A stretch of 64,000 bases of DNA from positions 4,426,231-4,490,230 of the forward strand of contig NC_134033.1 of the NCBI RefSeq assembly GCF_964204645.1, read 5' to 3'. The notes beneath the pieces were generated by a model that saw only the letters and a program-made list of their open reading frames with translations, did not search any database and was not told where the DNA came from. The position numbers and the translations under genes were made by a program. Shown piece by piece: positions 41,685 to 53,713 of this stretch. This DNA comes from Tubulanus polymorphus (lineage: Eukaryota; Animalia; Nemertea). Every line of letters begins with the position of its first letter. Position 1 is the first letter of the stretch.

Positions 41685-42037
41685 ACAATATAAAGCTGCG
41701 TCTATGTTCAATGTTAAATTTCTCACGTACGAATTCGATTCGTTGAAACCGTTTCCTTATTCCGAAAACTTTCGAAAGCGATTCAAATTTCTCGAATCAA
41801 TTAATGTTCTTTTGGAATAAAAGAGATTTCATGCAGTGCGTATTTAAAGTAACTCAAGTCGATTTGATTTTTAAAAATCCGGTGTAGTTACTGTTTATTC
41901 AACTAAAAAAATATCCCCTACAGATGGCCTGATATCTCTACCTTTAGTGGTTTTCACATAACATGAGAATAATTTGACATCAAAAATAGTAGTTTCAATT
42001 GAAAATGAACCAGATATTATTTCTACTTTTTTATAAT

Positions 42038-43520
42038 TGTTTCACATCCTTCGGAGTAGTTGAGAATGGAAACCTCAAATAGGATTTGTAGTCAAGTCGG
42101 AAAATAGAGGGAAAAGATATTTTGCGACTTCGAAAAAAGTAGTTTAATTGAAGATGAGCTAAACCAGATATCGAAATTTTTTAATTATTTTTCGAGAAGC
42201 TCTTAAAAGTAGCAGAAACTACTTTCAAATAGTAGTCGTAGTCAGGCCTGATCTACAAACCAAATCAAATCAGTTCGATCGTACCAGTCTGAGCAAGTGT
42301 ATTTTTTCAGTGAACCTAATCGTTTGTGCTAAATGAAAACGTCTTAGAAAACACTCATATCGAAATTTATACATTGACTGGTAATGATTTACGACGCGAT
42401 TACGATTGGATATCTTTTTTTTTCATTTCCAAAGAAAACAACAACAACATATTAACAAACCAGAAATCTTCAATTCTGTATTTCTAGGTTTAGATCAAAG
42501 GAGTGCGGTTCATTGTTTTAAACGAAATTTACTGGATTCATATTTCGTGGCCTATCTATCTCCGTCCCGTCATAGTTTCGTCACGGGTTCGAACCCGGGA
42601 CCCGTTGATCGTGGACGGCTCGTAATGTCCTGTTTCTCTGAGTGGCAGGAATACTGTTTTTGAGGTGACCGGGTTGTCGATCAGGTGACTCGTCTCGTCG
42701 GCCTCCGAGTTGAACTGGTGATCGTGTTTAAGACGCGTCAGCAGTGAATGATTTAAAGAAGTTAAAGAGAAAGGCCGATATCTGCATTTCATGTAGAATT
42801 TTTGATTTAAAAAGATTTTAAGATTTGAAAGAAGCCAATGATAAATGAAATAAGAGTTGAACGTTGGAAAATACCGTGAAGTAAGCAAACGTTTTCAAAC
42901 TAGTTTTTTGACCCAAGCCCGGGAGTTTCATTTTTGACAACGAAACAACTGTTACAATAATGTTTAACGTACATTGATATAGTATAAGGGGTTCTGTGTG
43001 ATTCGATGTGCACTACGTCATCGAAGTAAGCGTTTGAGCATGTTCATTTGTAGTTAGATATTAAGATGCCGGCTTAATCTGGAGCCCTACACTATGATTA
43101 TATAAACTAGAATCAGGGTTGTCAAGGAGCCTTATGTTAACCTCACAATTAGTAAAACGTAAAACACAGTCACTTTATAGGTTACTCACACAGGGACTTG
43201 TTTACCCGATGAAGCTACTATACTAGTAGCAAAACTCGTATCTAAATAAGACAAAAATACACTACGCTGTCTTTATACATTTCACTGAATAAACAAAAAT
43301 GTTGTATGAAACTTGAAATCAGTGGTTATCTGACTGAATCTCTACAGCGGATTTTCATACAGAAATATTCGCGAATTTCTCGTCGTAGTAAAAGATATAT
43401 GTAGACATTTACCACAAAATTACACATTTGAAACTTTGCATTTTTTGAATAAGTCATACAGAAATTATCTGTGTTTCTGTGAGGCTTGTAAAAATGTAGT
43501 AATAGTGGAAGGAAGTGTAA
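42038..43520 (+). repeat. Segmental duplication, copy 1 (partner about 56400-57500)
   Basis: Collinear shared blocks such as cttcgaaaaaa..tagtttaattgaaga, cgtcatcgaagtaag.gtttgagcatgt and cagcggattttcatacagaaatattc. Confidence 0.8.
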
Positions 43521-44246
43521 ATATTGTGAATGCGAGTGAAACTGTTACAAGCATTATTGTCGTGCGTTTTGATTTTGTAGATTTCTGATCGGACGAAACC
43601 AATTTTCGAACCTCTAAATATAATTGAAATATTTCAACGGAATTTGATGTTAGTATACGAATTAAATGTAAAATGTAAATATGAATGACAATTATGAGGA
43701 AAAAATTTATTTTGGTCAAATAATTCGCGGTAACATCCGAAAAACTGACCGGTGAAATGTATCGACAAAGTAGGAAGAGGATATAGAACCAGCGAATTCA
43801 CTGCAGTGATTATCAACATAGTAAATCTAGCGAATCTCGGACGTTCTAGAGATATCACTATTATAAACCACGAACTATTGCTTGCTGCGAGTATCATTAC
43901 AAATTCATAGATTTGACAGCTGATCAGTGTATCCATGATGAATTTTGTTCATCTTTAACGCGCAAGAGAACAAACTGTAAAATGGGCATCAGCGTAAAAC
44001 TGATACAGTACATACAATCACTGATTGACAATACGATCAGATAGTTAGTTTAAGATAAACTGTGGAATCTGCGACTTATCATTATCATTAGGAAAGTAGC
44101 TGAATTTCAAAATGCTCCAAACAAGAACAGTGCACTAGGCAGAATGGCCTATGATACAGTACGGTAGACTCCGGACCTGTTCGCTACAGATATGATAATG
44201 ATGTAACTGATATAAGTTCGACCAATTTGCATTAGAGTAGATTTCA
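43326..44246 (-). pseudogene. Full-length but degraded class A GPCR pseudogene
   Basis: Fragments in shifting frames: RRFHSLSLTNYLIVLSISD, SSWFIIVISLER, TTIMLVTVSLAFTIFTLPST, NFVVNVYIYLLLRREIREYF; contains stops, frameshifts and deletions. Confidence 0.8.
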
Positions 44247-44694
44247 TTAATTCATGAGGCTCGAATTTAGAATCGAATGGAAGTGTACTAACTGTCCTGT
44301 AAGATTTATTCTTAACAGCGAATAGAAAATCTATTCTCCGAAATCTAGCACAATCTACTGGTATGTTGTGAAACTTACTGCGTGAAATAAAAATTCAACT
44401 TAGTCAAATAAAAATAAACAACGTGCGAGAATTCATCGTAAAATCATTACATGTCAATAGCATCAGTTTATGATTCAACTAGTTCAACCAGCCACGCAAT
44501 ACAGTAACTAGGAGTTCTCAAGGGCTCAACTGCTCTAATTCTGCGTTCCTTTAATGCAATTTTTCTATCTTTTGTTCATAAGACAAAGACGTGGAATCAG
44601 AACTCGGGATTTGAACCTGTGCACCTCTTACCCGCTGCCAAGTTCTGGTGACTGACACGGTATGTAATCAGTCAAGTGTGATCACTAGTGATTA

Positions 44695-45039
44695 TTGGTG
44701 ATTTCAAGTGTGGTGAGTGGTGATTTCAGGTGTGGTGACTAGTGATTTCAGGTGTGGTGACTGGTGATTTCAGGTGTGGTGACTGGTGATTTCACGTGTG
44801 GTGACTGGTGATTTCAGGTGTGGTGACTGGTGATTTCAGGTGTGGTGACTGGTGATTTCACGTGTGGTGACTGGTGATTTCAGGTGTGGTGACTGGTGAT
44901 TTTATGTGTGATGACTGGTGATTTCAGGTGTGGTGACTAGTGATTTCAGGTGTGGTGACTGGCGATTTCAGGTGTGGTGACTGGTGATTTTAGGTGTGGT
45001 GACTGGTGATTTCAGGTGTGGTGATTGGTGATTTCAGGT
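44695..45039. repeat. 22-bp minisatellite (GGTGTGGTGACTGGTGATTTCA), about 15-16 copies
   Basis: Directly visible tandem units with no unique spacers. Confidence 0.97.
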
Positions 45040-46325
45040 TCCGTGTTGCGACAGGTAGATAGTTCTAAGATAGTTCTAAGAAACTTCTTCGAATTCAGTG
45101 ATGTTTCGAGTTACAGACAATGAAGATTTGATTAAGGAGTTAAGCGATGCTTCAGGAATCCTACGACTCAGTTTGTGCTCGGGCGAATCTAACTATTTAT
45201 CAATCCGAAGCCTGTAGATCCTGCAGCTCTCAGACCATCAAGTGAAGTCACAAGTATTCGGAACTTCACCTGAGACATTTTGAATTGAAGATTAACTATA
45301 CTGTACATGCTTTATTTTAAACAAACTTTCAAAAACTGATCCTTCACATTGATCTTTGGAACGGTCTAACTAGCGGTAGAGTGTGAACGCACCCGGTTGA
45401 ATATTTTGAAGGTGGTTCTCCCAGACTGCAGATGAACTGAATTAGAATTAAACGTTTGAGTTTGATCGAATGTCTTATTATCAAGCGATAGACTAAAATC
45501 GGGTCATATTCGATACTGGGATGTCGAATACGTACCAGAATGGCTAGTTGTATCAGTCTGAGAGCGGCTTTAGCGTATCCAGAATTCAACGATCATTAGT
45601 CCGATCTCTGGACAGTATCAACCTACGTACAAACGGATACCCAGAAAAATCATTCAACACTAGATTATAACAGACGGGATCATCAGAAGTCCCTCTCCAG
45701 TGATTAACTAATGACAGGCCCGTAGAGTTCCAAAGTTAACGATCCGCGCAAAAAATTGGGCCTAAGCCGAGAGTTAAAACTTACAACTATATCAACATGA
45801 TACATATCGTTATGAAACCACTGTTGCTACACTAACAGATGGGTTTTTTGTAAAACTAGGTTTATAAAATCAAAGGCTTTTGTACCGTATCAATGATATA
45901 CATCATTTTCACGTTTATACATTTCGCCTCTAAAACGCTTGAATTCATCCATCGTGTAAAACTAAACTTGAGTCGTCTACCCGTGTTACAGTTGTTCGAT
46001 GATTTTTACGCGAGTTGCGATGAAGAAAATACTCGGTGCCACCGAATCGACAACGAATAGCGAATAGCGTATGACGATTAACGAATAGCGAATAACGTTT
46101 AGCGATTGACGAACAGCGTGGCGGTCCAGGAATTCCGTACGGTTGAGGTTTACAAAGAGAGAGAAATCGTGAAAATATTTAGAATTGAATTGGAATTAAA
46201 AACAAATAATTAACCTTTACTAATTTACATTGTACTTTTTAATATGTGCGATGAACCAATATGGATCTTTATATATAGATACCTAAGGTTCCAAAGTGTA
46301 GTTTGACTGTAGACCTACTGTAAAT

Positions 46326-46529
46326 TACGGAAGCCCCTAGGTGAGATACGAGATATTTTTTTCACAATTTCGACTTATTCATGTCGAAATTCGAGTTGTT
46401 TTATGTCGAATTCCGAGATAATAAGTCTACATGAAAATAACACAAAATTCGTCATAGTAAGTCGAACTTCGACTTTATAAGTCGAAATTGTGAAAAAATT
46501 ATCTTGTATGTCAAGTAGGGGCTTCCGTA
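46326..46529. mobile_element. IS3EU-like MITE (204 bp)
   Basis: Termini TACGGAAGCCCCTA...TAGGGGCTTCCGTA with an exact 6-bp TSD GTAAAT (46320-46325, 46530-46535). Confidence 0.85.
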
Positions 46530-46594
46530 GTAAATAGCCCGGGTATTTACTCAGAATACTGAGGTATGATAAATAGCCCTTGTATATATGTTAT

Positions 46595-46707
46595 CTGCGC
46601 CCAGTTTCAGAGTTGTGAGTTAGAGTTAACTCTTGAGTTAAAATCAGTTCTTTTCAATGTTTTAACTGTAGAGTGAAATTGAACTCAGAACTGTAGAACT
46701 AGACGCT
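46595..46707. mobile_element. Short palindromic MITE (GAGTTAACTC family); relatives at about 57005-57132 and 32395-32572
   Basis: cccagtttcagagttgtgagttagagttaactc...actcagaactgtagaactag. The 57.0-kb copy is an insertion relative to the duplicated segment at 43.16 kb. Confidence 0.55.
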
Positions 46708-47865
46708 GAATACTGAGGTAGATTGAAAAGTGTTATATCAGCTCTGTGTTAGCTTATAGCTTCTTTCTTATCGTGTTCAACTTGAAAATAAAATTGTTAA
46801 TTGATACCCTGATTTATAAGATAGAAGTCACGACGACGGCTTGGGATTCGAGAGAAATATTACTCGCACTAAAATAAATCTCATGATTTATTGCGAAAAG
46901 CTAATCCTTCATTTAGAAGAATTCGCATTAGAATAAAACCGCTGAAGGAGAGTGGTTTCGACTCGGTGAAATGGTATATCGTTTGCGTTTTAATCCCGAG
47001 TTGACTTTCACTCTAAGTGCCTCGGAATCGAAATCTTTAAATACCGAAATAGATGCCGCAAATCGACGCTAGAAATCGTAACGGTATCTGGTTGTATTTC
47101 TATACATATTTTATCGCTGTGTTGAACTCATATTGATTGAACCCAGGGAAAAGTTGCTTAGCAGAGATCTTACGCATACGGTTCAAGAGGTTGCATTGCT
47201 ATGCGGCTACGTCACAGCACGTGACGACATGACCAATGCATTTCCGGTCGAATGACCAAAACTTACCCAATAGGTGATTGTTGCACCAAAATGATACATA
47301 CGATACTCAGCAACCTTCTAAATGGCCTTCCAAACGGGTATGTTTCGCCCGAAACTTACTTGCTTTTCATCCGACAAAATGGATATATTATTCTCTGGAG
47401 AAATGTTTTCTCTGGAGCCATGTGTTCGACCTTTAGGAAAGAAAAAACGCCGAACTTCTTCCCGAATTGTCGACCAGTTTTCACGTCGGTAATTGGAAAT
47501 AACAGCATCTTGACCCCCCCCCCCCTAACATATCGAGTCACGTAGTCCTTTAGTATTGAATCCTTCAAAATACTCACTATACATATGACTGAAGGCATTA
47601 TATATTTTTCATGAATTGTCGCCGCCTTTGTTATATTTCTATGTAAATTGATATTTTGTGCAAATGTTGAAATCCAAATCTGACCTAACACGAACAAAAC
47701 TATACCTTGAATAGTAATGGAAAGTTGGATAGAAAACCATTTACATTCTTCTAGCAGTAAATAGGTATATAATCATATTAGGCATTGCAGATGTATAGTC
47801 GCCACATTAAGACTAAATTCAATTTGTCAAATGAATTTGATTCGATCTTCCTGGGACACATTGCG

Positions 47866-48948
47866 ATGGATTCATTTTATGTTGAAACGCTGAATCGAAA
47901 TGCAGTATTTGATGCCAAACCAGAAGAGACCAGAATGGCGAACAATAGATCGGTGACGGTATGGTTGTGTCCTGAACCGAAGTTTATACCGATAGAATAC
48001 GTTCGTTACCATGTGAAGGTTTACGGTATGGGTCCACTATGCGTTATCGGTATCATTCTGAACGTGATAACGGTTGTTGTATTAGGTCGTCTGCGTAAAG
48101 CGCGCCGTTCCGTTAATGCGTTATGGATCCTGGCTATCATCGAGACCGCGTTCTTAATAAACAAGCTGCCCAGGGCATCACTAAGATTTTTAGCGTTTCG
48201 CCTCATATACGGAAGACATGTTTTCGGTATACCTGGTAAACTGATTTTTCCACGCATGGATCGTGCATTATTGATACCGAACGGTACGCTGCACGCCACT
48301 CGTAACTGGGTAACCGTTTTAATTCAAATCGAACGCCTGTTTATCATAGCTTTTCCGTTAAAAGCCAGAATCGTTATCACACCGCGCCGTTTAATTATAT
48401 GTAGCGCATTAATAAGTTTTGTATTTTTACTGCTGACTATTTTTGCCTGGTTAGTCAACATACCGATACATATCACCACAGGGTGCATCAGTCTGAACTA
48501 CATGATACCGCATGAAAATAAATTTCCAGCGATCGTTAAACGTTATTCCTTCACTCTAGTACCGATTCTCGTGACTTTGCTATCGGATTTAATCATGTTA
48601 ATTTTTCTCGCCGTTAATACGAGGCGCCGGCGGTCACTACTGAACCAACCGTCGGCAGTTCCGCCCGGTGGTGAGGCGAAATCCAACTCCCAAACGAAAG
48701 CGACTCTCATTGTCATTTATGTTTGTTCGGCGTATGTGATATTAGAATTTCCCCAAATATTCATTGGAACAGCCAGAAACGTCGTCGGTGCAAATATCTG
48801 GCCGATGTTCTTTATTGTAGGGAGTTTTACTACTTCGTTAAATTCCTGTATAAACTTCCTAATATACGTCATACTTGATAGAAACTTCAGAAAAACGCTT
48901 TCCACAATGGCATCGGCTTGTTTAACGGAAAAGCCCATAACGCCATGA
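47866..48948 (+). CDS. Single-exon class A GPCR, peptide-receptor-like (360 aa from ATG 47866)
   Basis: GIILN, TRNWVTVLIQIERLFIIAFP, EFP, NSCINFLIY and NFRK; same broad family as 18104..19201. Confidence 0.9.
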   Translation: MDSFYVETLNRNAVFDAKPEETRMANNRSVTVWLCPEPKFIPIEYVRYHVKVYGMGPLCVIGIILNVITVVVLGRLRKARRSVNALWILAIIETAFLINKLPRASLRFLAFRLIYGRHVFGIPGKLIFPRMDRALLIPNGTLHATRNWVTVLIQIERLFIIAFPLKARIVITPRRLIICSALISFVFLLLTIFAWLVNIPIHITTGCISLNYMIPHENKFPAIVKRYSFTLVPILVTLLSDLIMLIFLAVNTRRRRSLLNQPSAVPPGGEAKSNSQTKATLIVIYVCSAYVILEFPQIFIGTARNVVGANIWPMFFIVGSFTTSLNSCINFLIYVILDRNFRKTLSTMASACLTEKPITP

Positions 48949-49639
48949 AATTAACCTTAAAAATGAAAAAAACCTTAATTTGCCGTAAAACATTTATTTA
49001 GATATCTTATGTAATAGATGAATATATTTATTGAATGAATTCAAACTGAATCAATTCAAATAAACGATCGCTACCGTTTACCGTGCAATGAACGTTCGAT
49101 AACTTAAAATGATTGTAGTGTCGAAGCCTTTTTCCAATCGGAGGTCCACTGTCGTCATTTTGCGGACCATCCGTCACAAATTTTCCCTAATATATTCACC
49201 TAACGCTAATTTAAACATATTTGATTTTTTTCCCAATTACGAGGCCCATGACTTAATATACTGACGTACATGTTTTCTGCAATATTCACCGAGGCGCCAT
49301 CTACGTATCCCCCTAGTCACCGTGGCTAGGCACAGTGGTCAACAGCTCGAGATTGAAGTGAGATTGGGAAATCTGTCCATAGAAAAGATTGAAAATGTAC
49401 TCTACAACACTCTCTATAACTCTCTACACAGACAGGTGACATGATCTCCAGCTCCAACAATGACGTCATTTGTAATTTACAGATTGCCATCTTTGCCGAT
49501 AAGCTCGTCAAATTAAAATGCAATTGTTTATTATATAAAGTAATTGTACAAATGTTAGTTGAAAATTTTTTCTTGGTTTGCTGAATATCTGGCAAAGATT
49601 GATGGGTTAATGGGTTATTTGTTTTACTGCTTATTTGAA

Positions 49640-49770
49640 TATCTGCAGCGGATTTTCATACAGAAAAATTCACGAATTTATCGACCCAGTAAAAGATATA
49701 TGTAGAATTTTACCACAAAGTTACAAACATGGAACTGAGTGCAAATGTCAAATAGAAGATATCTATGTTC
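49640..49770 (-). pseudogene. TM7/helix-8 fragment of the 43.3-kb GPCR family
   Basis: FHVCNFVVKFYIYLLLGR*IREFFCMKIRCR; the DNA matches about 43345-43430. Confidence 0.75.
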
Positions 49771-50782
49771 CGGTGAGATTGTGTTACCACGACAACAAGA
49801 GGAGATGCAATTCACTTTACTAACCTTGCAATTCAACTCTAGATTTGTATCGGTTAAACAGCAACACAATTTCAATACTGGTACGTGCTCTTTTAATGGA
49901 TCTCATATCAAACCACGTTCGTGATAAATCACATATAATTCTATTTCGGTTGGAATACATTTTGATGACGTCAATTTCCTGTTTTACAAATTAAAACGGG
50001 AAAATACTAAAAGGTTCGATGAAATTTCCGATTGAAAAAACTTAGGTTTGATAGAAAATCTAATTACACAAAATTAGGTTTGAACATATTTCTATATTTC
50101 AAAAAATCATATAAAGTTGCTTTAAAACGTACTTCTGCGCGGGTAATGTTTTAGACAGTTTTATACAAAATATCGCGGCTACAATTCTACGATATAAATT
50201 ACTCGACATATCGAGTTCCTGTAAAATCATTTTGAAGCTTTTGTTCGACGAAAGTTTTCACCATACGATTGATATCGTCTAGATAATTTCTAGGTATTAA
50301 TATCACGTATACGTGAGTCATATCGAATAATCCGTATGATATAAATCTCACAATTTTTTTCCGTCATCATTATCACCACGCGTTTATAAAGTTCGAGGGC
50401 ACCGTTTTTATGAGTTAGTCGCGTCTGAGAAGGGCATTTAAAAGAATGTTAGTCAGTACACATCTTGTATCGCTCGTTCATTTCTAGCCCCCGTCAAGAT
50501 GATCGTTCCACCGTTATGCACGATGCATTTTATTCGATTATCCGCTGTATACACGAGTCCCGGAAATATTTCCGGTTCGTAACTCTAACTGCTACCAAAG
50601 AAATTGTCTAAAGTTTCCAAAGAAATCCGTTTTCCAGTCTTTTTCACGGCCGAAATTTGAACGCCGTATTTTGAAATCAGAAAATTTTACTTTACATCCC
50701 TATTTTTGCACTTTTCGACCGAATTGTCTCGCCGCATGTTTGTTCTGAAATATACTTTTCGAACCCGTGATCACCATTTTTC

Positions 50783-51300
50783 TGATGATCGACGTCAATG
50801 GCTGGCACTATTCATTCGCTTTTTTTGCCTTGTTTGATACGGCCATATTGGCTACGATAATAACGACGTACGCTCAGATGTATAGACTAGTATCTGGAAG
50901 TAGGTCGGGCTCGGGTAGAGCCGTTCCTACCGAACAGGTTTTAGCTCGAAGGAGTTTAGTAATCAATCTTTGTAATTTATTTTGCTGGCTACCGAAAATA
51001 ATCGTTCAGTTTTGCGCCGTATTTTCGGTCGAGATACCGAACCAGGTGGCCGCTTGTTATATAGAATATAAATTAGAATATTTCGCCATGAATGTTATCT
51101 ACGCTTACATTCTACCGTTATCTTTCATAATTCTATTGAATTCTGTTATAATAGTTCAGTTATTCAAGAAATCAAAAATTATTTCTTCTGAAAAGAAAAC
51201 TACAAAATCACAGAGTACAAAAAAAGCTGTTTAAGTCGCGTTTGCAGTATTTGCGCTACCATCCACGTCACTGTATTCCTACCAATCTCGACAGAACTAA
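50783..51300 (+). pseudogene. Chimeric relic: GRL101 TM5-TM6 (to about 51056) fused to a TM5-TM6 fragment of the 43.3-kb GPCR family
   Basis: IDVNGWHYSF...EIPNQVAA is near-identical to copies A and B. It is followed by YAYILPLSFIILLNSVIIVQLFKKSKIISSEKKTTKS, similar to NSVEIFQLYLEVRKLVSSDQKSTKS at 43465-43719. Confidence 0.85.
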
Positions 51301-52286
51301 AAGACGAACGGTGCAACGAACATAATTAAGTAATTTCTAGAATCAGCCATAGTAAGAACAGGATTAATAGTATATTAAATTAAATATTTTCACTAGCGGT
51401 TGAACCGGCACTTGGACTTTTGTCCTGGCGCAACCTTGATTGAAAATATCCGAAATTTCTTTGTCATCTTTCTCGCATTTTAGTTTTTCGTACTTTCGTT
51501 TTCAAAGTGTAGTTAATTTGATAATCATTAACTACAGAAGGTAATAACGATCAGTTACCGGTATTAAGGATACGGATTGATTGGACAGTTCATTTTAGGA
51601 AAATACCATGTGTGGTATTTTTGTGGTTTGCTAAGTAATTAGTTATACGTCCTCGCTGTTACTGTTGATGGCCTGTCGTCTGCTCAAGTTGTTCGCTCAT
51701 TGTTCGTCGCCCTTGATTCCCATGCCGTGGGAATTATAAAGGCTTTACATAGTCTTAAGACGGACACATGGAAATAGAATTTGCAACACCGAAATACATT
51801 TATAGTTAGTAGTTTGTACTAAGGACGTGTAGTACGATGTTATACCGTTGTAAAAACCTCTTTTTCGGATAAACTTGTTACAACCAGCCGGGACCGAAAG
51901 GCATCACGAATTGGAGGTTAGTGAATTTTGGCTGAGTTTTCTCTGATGACAGTTTTAGATTTTTGGCAGTTGCTGAACCTAGTGTATCAACAGTAAACGA
52001 TGAAAGAAATTTGATGTTCCGAAGTAATATCGAAATCCATTTTAATGAATGTATATATTACCTACTGTTACTATCTGGCGGTTTTATTATTCTTGTACAA
52101 ATAGGACAAATTAGTGAAGCGTCATAAACCGCCATAAACATATTAATAATTCACTCCTGATCTATATAGTAATTGTCACGACACGATATTTAACGCATCA
52201 CCGGTTTTAATGTCGTTTTCGCACAATGATTTCAACTGTAAATTTAATGATGAAATCGGAAGTGTTACAGTTATGAAATGTGTTTC

Positions 52287-53713
52287 TCACGGGTTGTACT
52301 GACATAAAAAGTCGTTGTGATTGTTGCAAGGAATATCATTATATCTATCTGTATCGATGTACCACTGAATACAGCGTTCGTGCCGATAGTTCGGTTCCCC
52401 GTTGTGCCAGGGTAGGATTGCGATAATGGTATTATCTGATCTCCAAACCCACGGGCCGCGCATTGACCCGGAATTCGTCTGCAAATCATATCCACCTAAC
52501 ATAGGTTTATAAACGACTTCTGAAAAAGAAATATTAATTTTAGAAATAATTGTGCACTCCATTTTAAGGGTGGCGCCTTTTGAGCCGGTAACTCAAAAGG
52601 ATAACTGATTTATGGTGTGAAAACTGAAGATACGGCATGGCAGTAACTAACCAGAGCAAATGGCCTAAGAGCTTCAGATAATATGTGTTGATTTAGACTC
52701 CGCGATGTTTCGCAATCCCACATCTAAATCGACAACCTGGCATTATTACCGAAAAGTTAATTCAAACTCGTTTAATGATAGGAATTTGGCTACAAAAATG
52801 TTTATACTTTGTTTCTTATTTCTGTAGAGTTTAAAAGTTGACCCGGCCGGTCACCCAATCTACCGTGCATCACTTTTTTAATCATGATCAAACTAACAAT
52901 AACAGACCCGACAGTAATAGTAATAGTAATAGAAACTCATTACAAATTTTATGGCAGTTTACAAAACTTACTCGGTCGATTAGGAGAAACAAGGTATGAT
53001 TTTATTCTAGCTTTAGAATCAATCAATATGAAGTTAGACATACCATTTTTGTCGATGAGATATTTCCTCAAGGCAGCCCTCGATTGTGAAGTGCGGGGTT
53101 CGGCAAGTATCCAACCGTGATAGGTACAGAAACTTGCCGCGTCTGTGACGGTCGCACTTTTATAAGCGTTACTGTTCCATCGGAAAACGTGATAGCAAAT
53201 TCCATTCGCGACGAAAAATCCAAATCTACAAGATCCGTGTTCTACAAACAGAGGAATATATAATATATATATATATATATATACATATCCGATATTCTCA
53301 AAAAGACGATTTCAAATAGCCCGATTAACATGATTTATGCCAATATTCTAGAGCTTCTCTTTACAGCTGGAATCATTTATTCACTTATGAATTGAAAAAA
53401 AGTAGTAAGTTCTCGAAAAAATACCTTTATCGTGTTTGTACATGACAATTTTCGTTTTTCCCGATGCTCTGTATTTCACCAGCTCGTTGTCGAACAGGTA
53501 ACATTCGTCGACGCCGTGAGATTTCGTCGAATCGACGTCGAAACCCCGACAATTCGACCCTTCGCTCAAACAGCGCAGCGCGCATTCACCGCGCGACCCG
53601 ACTGTCGACTTGTAAGATTTTGCAGACGCGTCGACCGTCATCGTATAGAACTCTCGAAACTCGGACGCGACGCGGACTGTCAGACAAATAAACGGGATGA
53701 ATTTAGCGAACAT
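52287..53713 (-). CDS. Secreted PAN/apple + C-type lectin protein; exons 53713..53425, 53241..53044, 52519..52287 (239 aa)
   Basis: Signal-like MFAKFIPFICLTVRVAS and PAN (GECALRCL...CRGF...CYLF). Two phase-1 GT-AG introns. The middle exon, missing from the ORF track, reads EHGSCRFGFFVANGICYHVF...AASFCTYHGWILAEP. The last exon reads WVW...WHNGEPNYRHERCI...YNDIPC...FLC. Confidence 0.88.

Noticed and set aside
42546-42720. tRNA gene (GGTTCGAACCC B-box; a similar box on the minus strand near 44605-44620)
   Set aside because: No cloverleaf or clear A-box; at most a tRNA-derived SINE remnant.
44695-45039. CRISPR-like array
   Set aside because: Contiguous 22-bp units without unique spacers, no cas genes, eukaryotic context.
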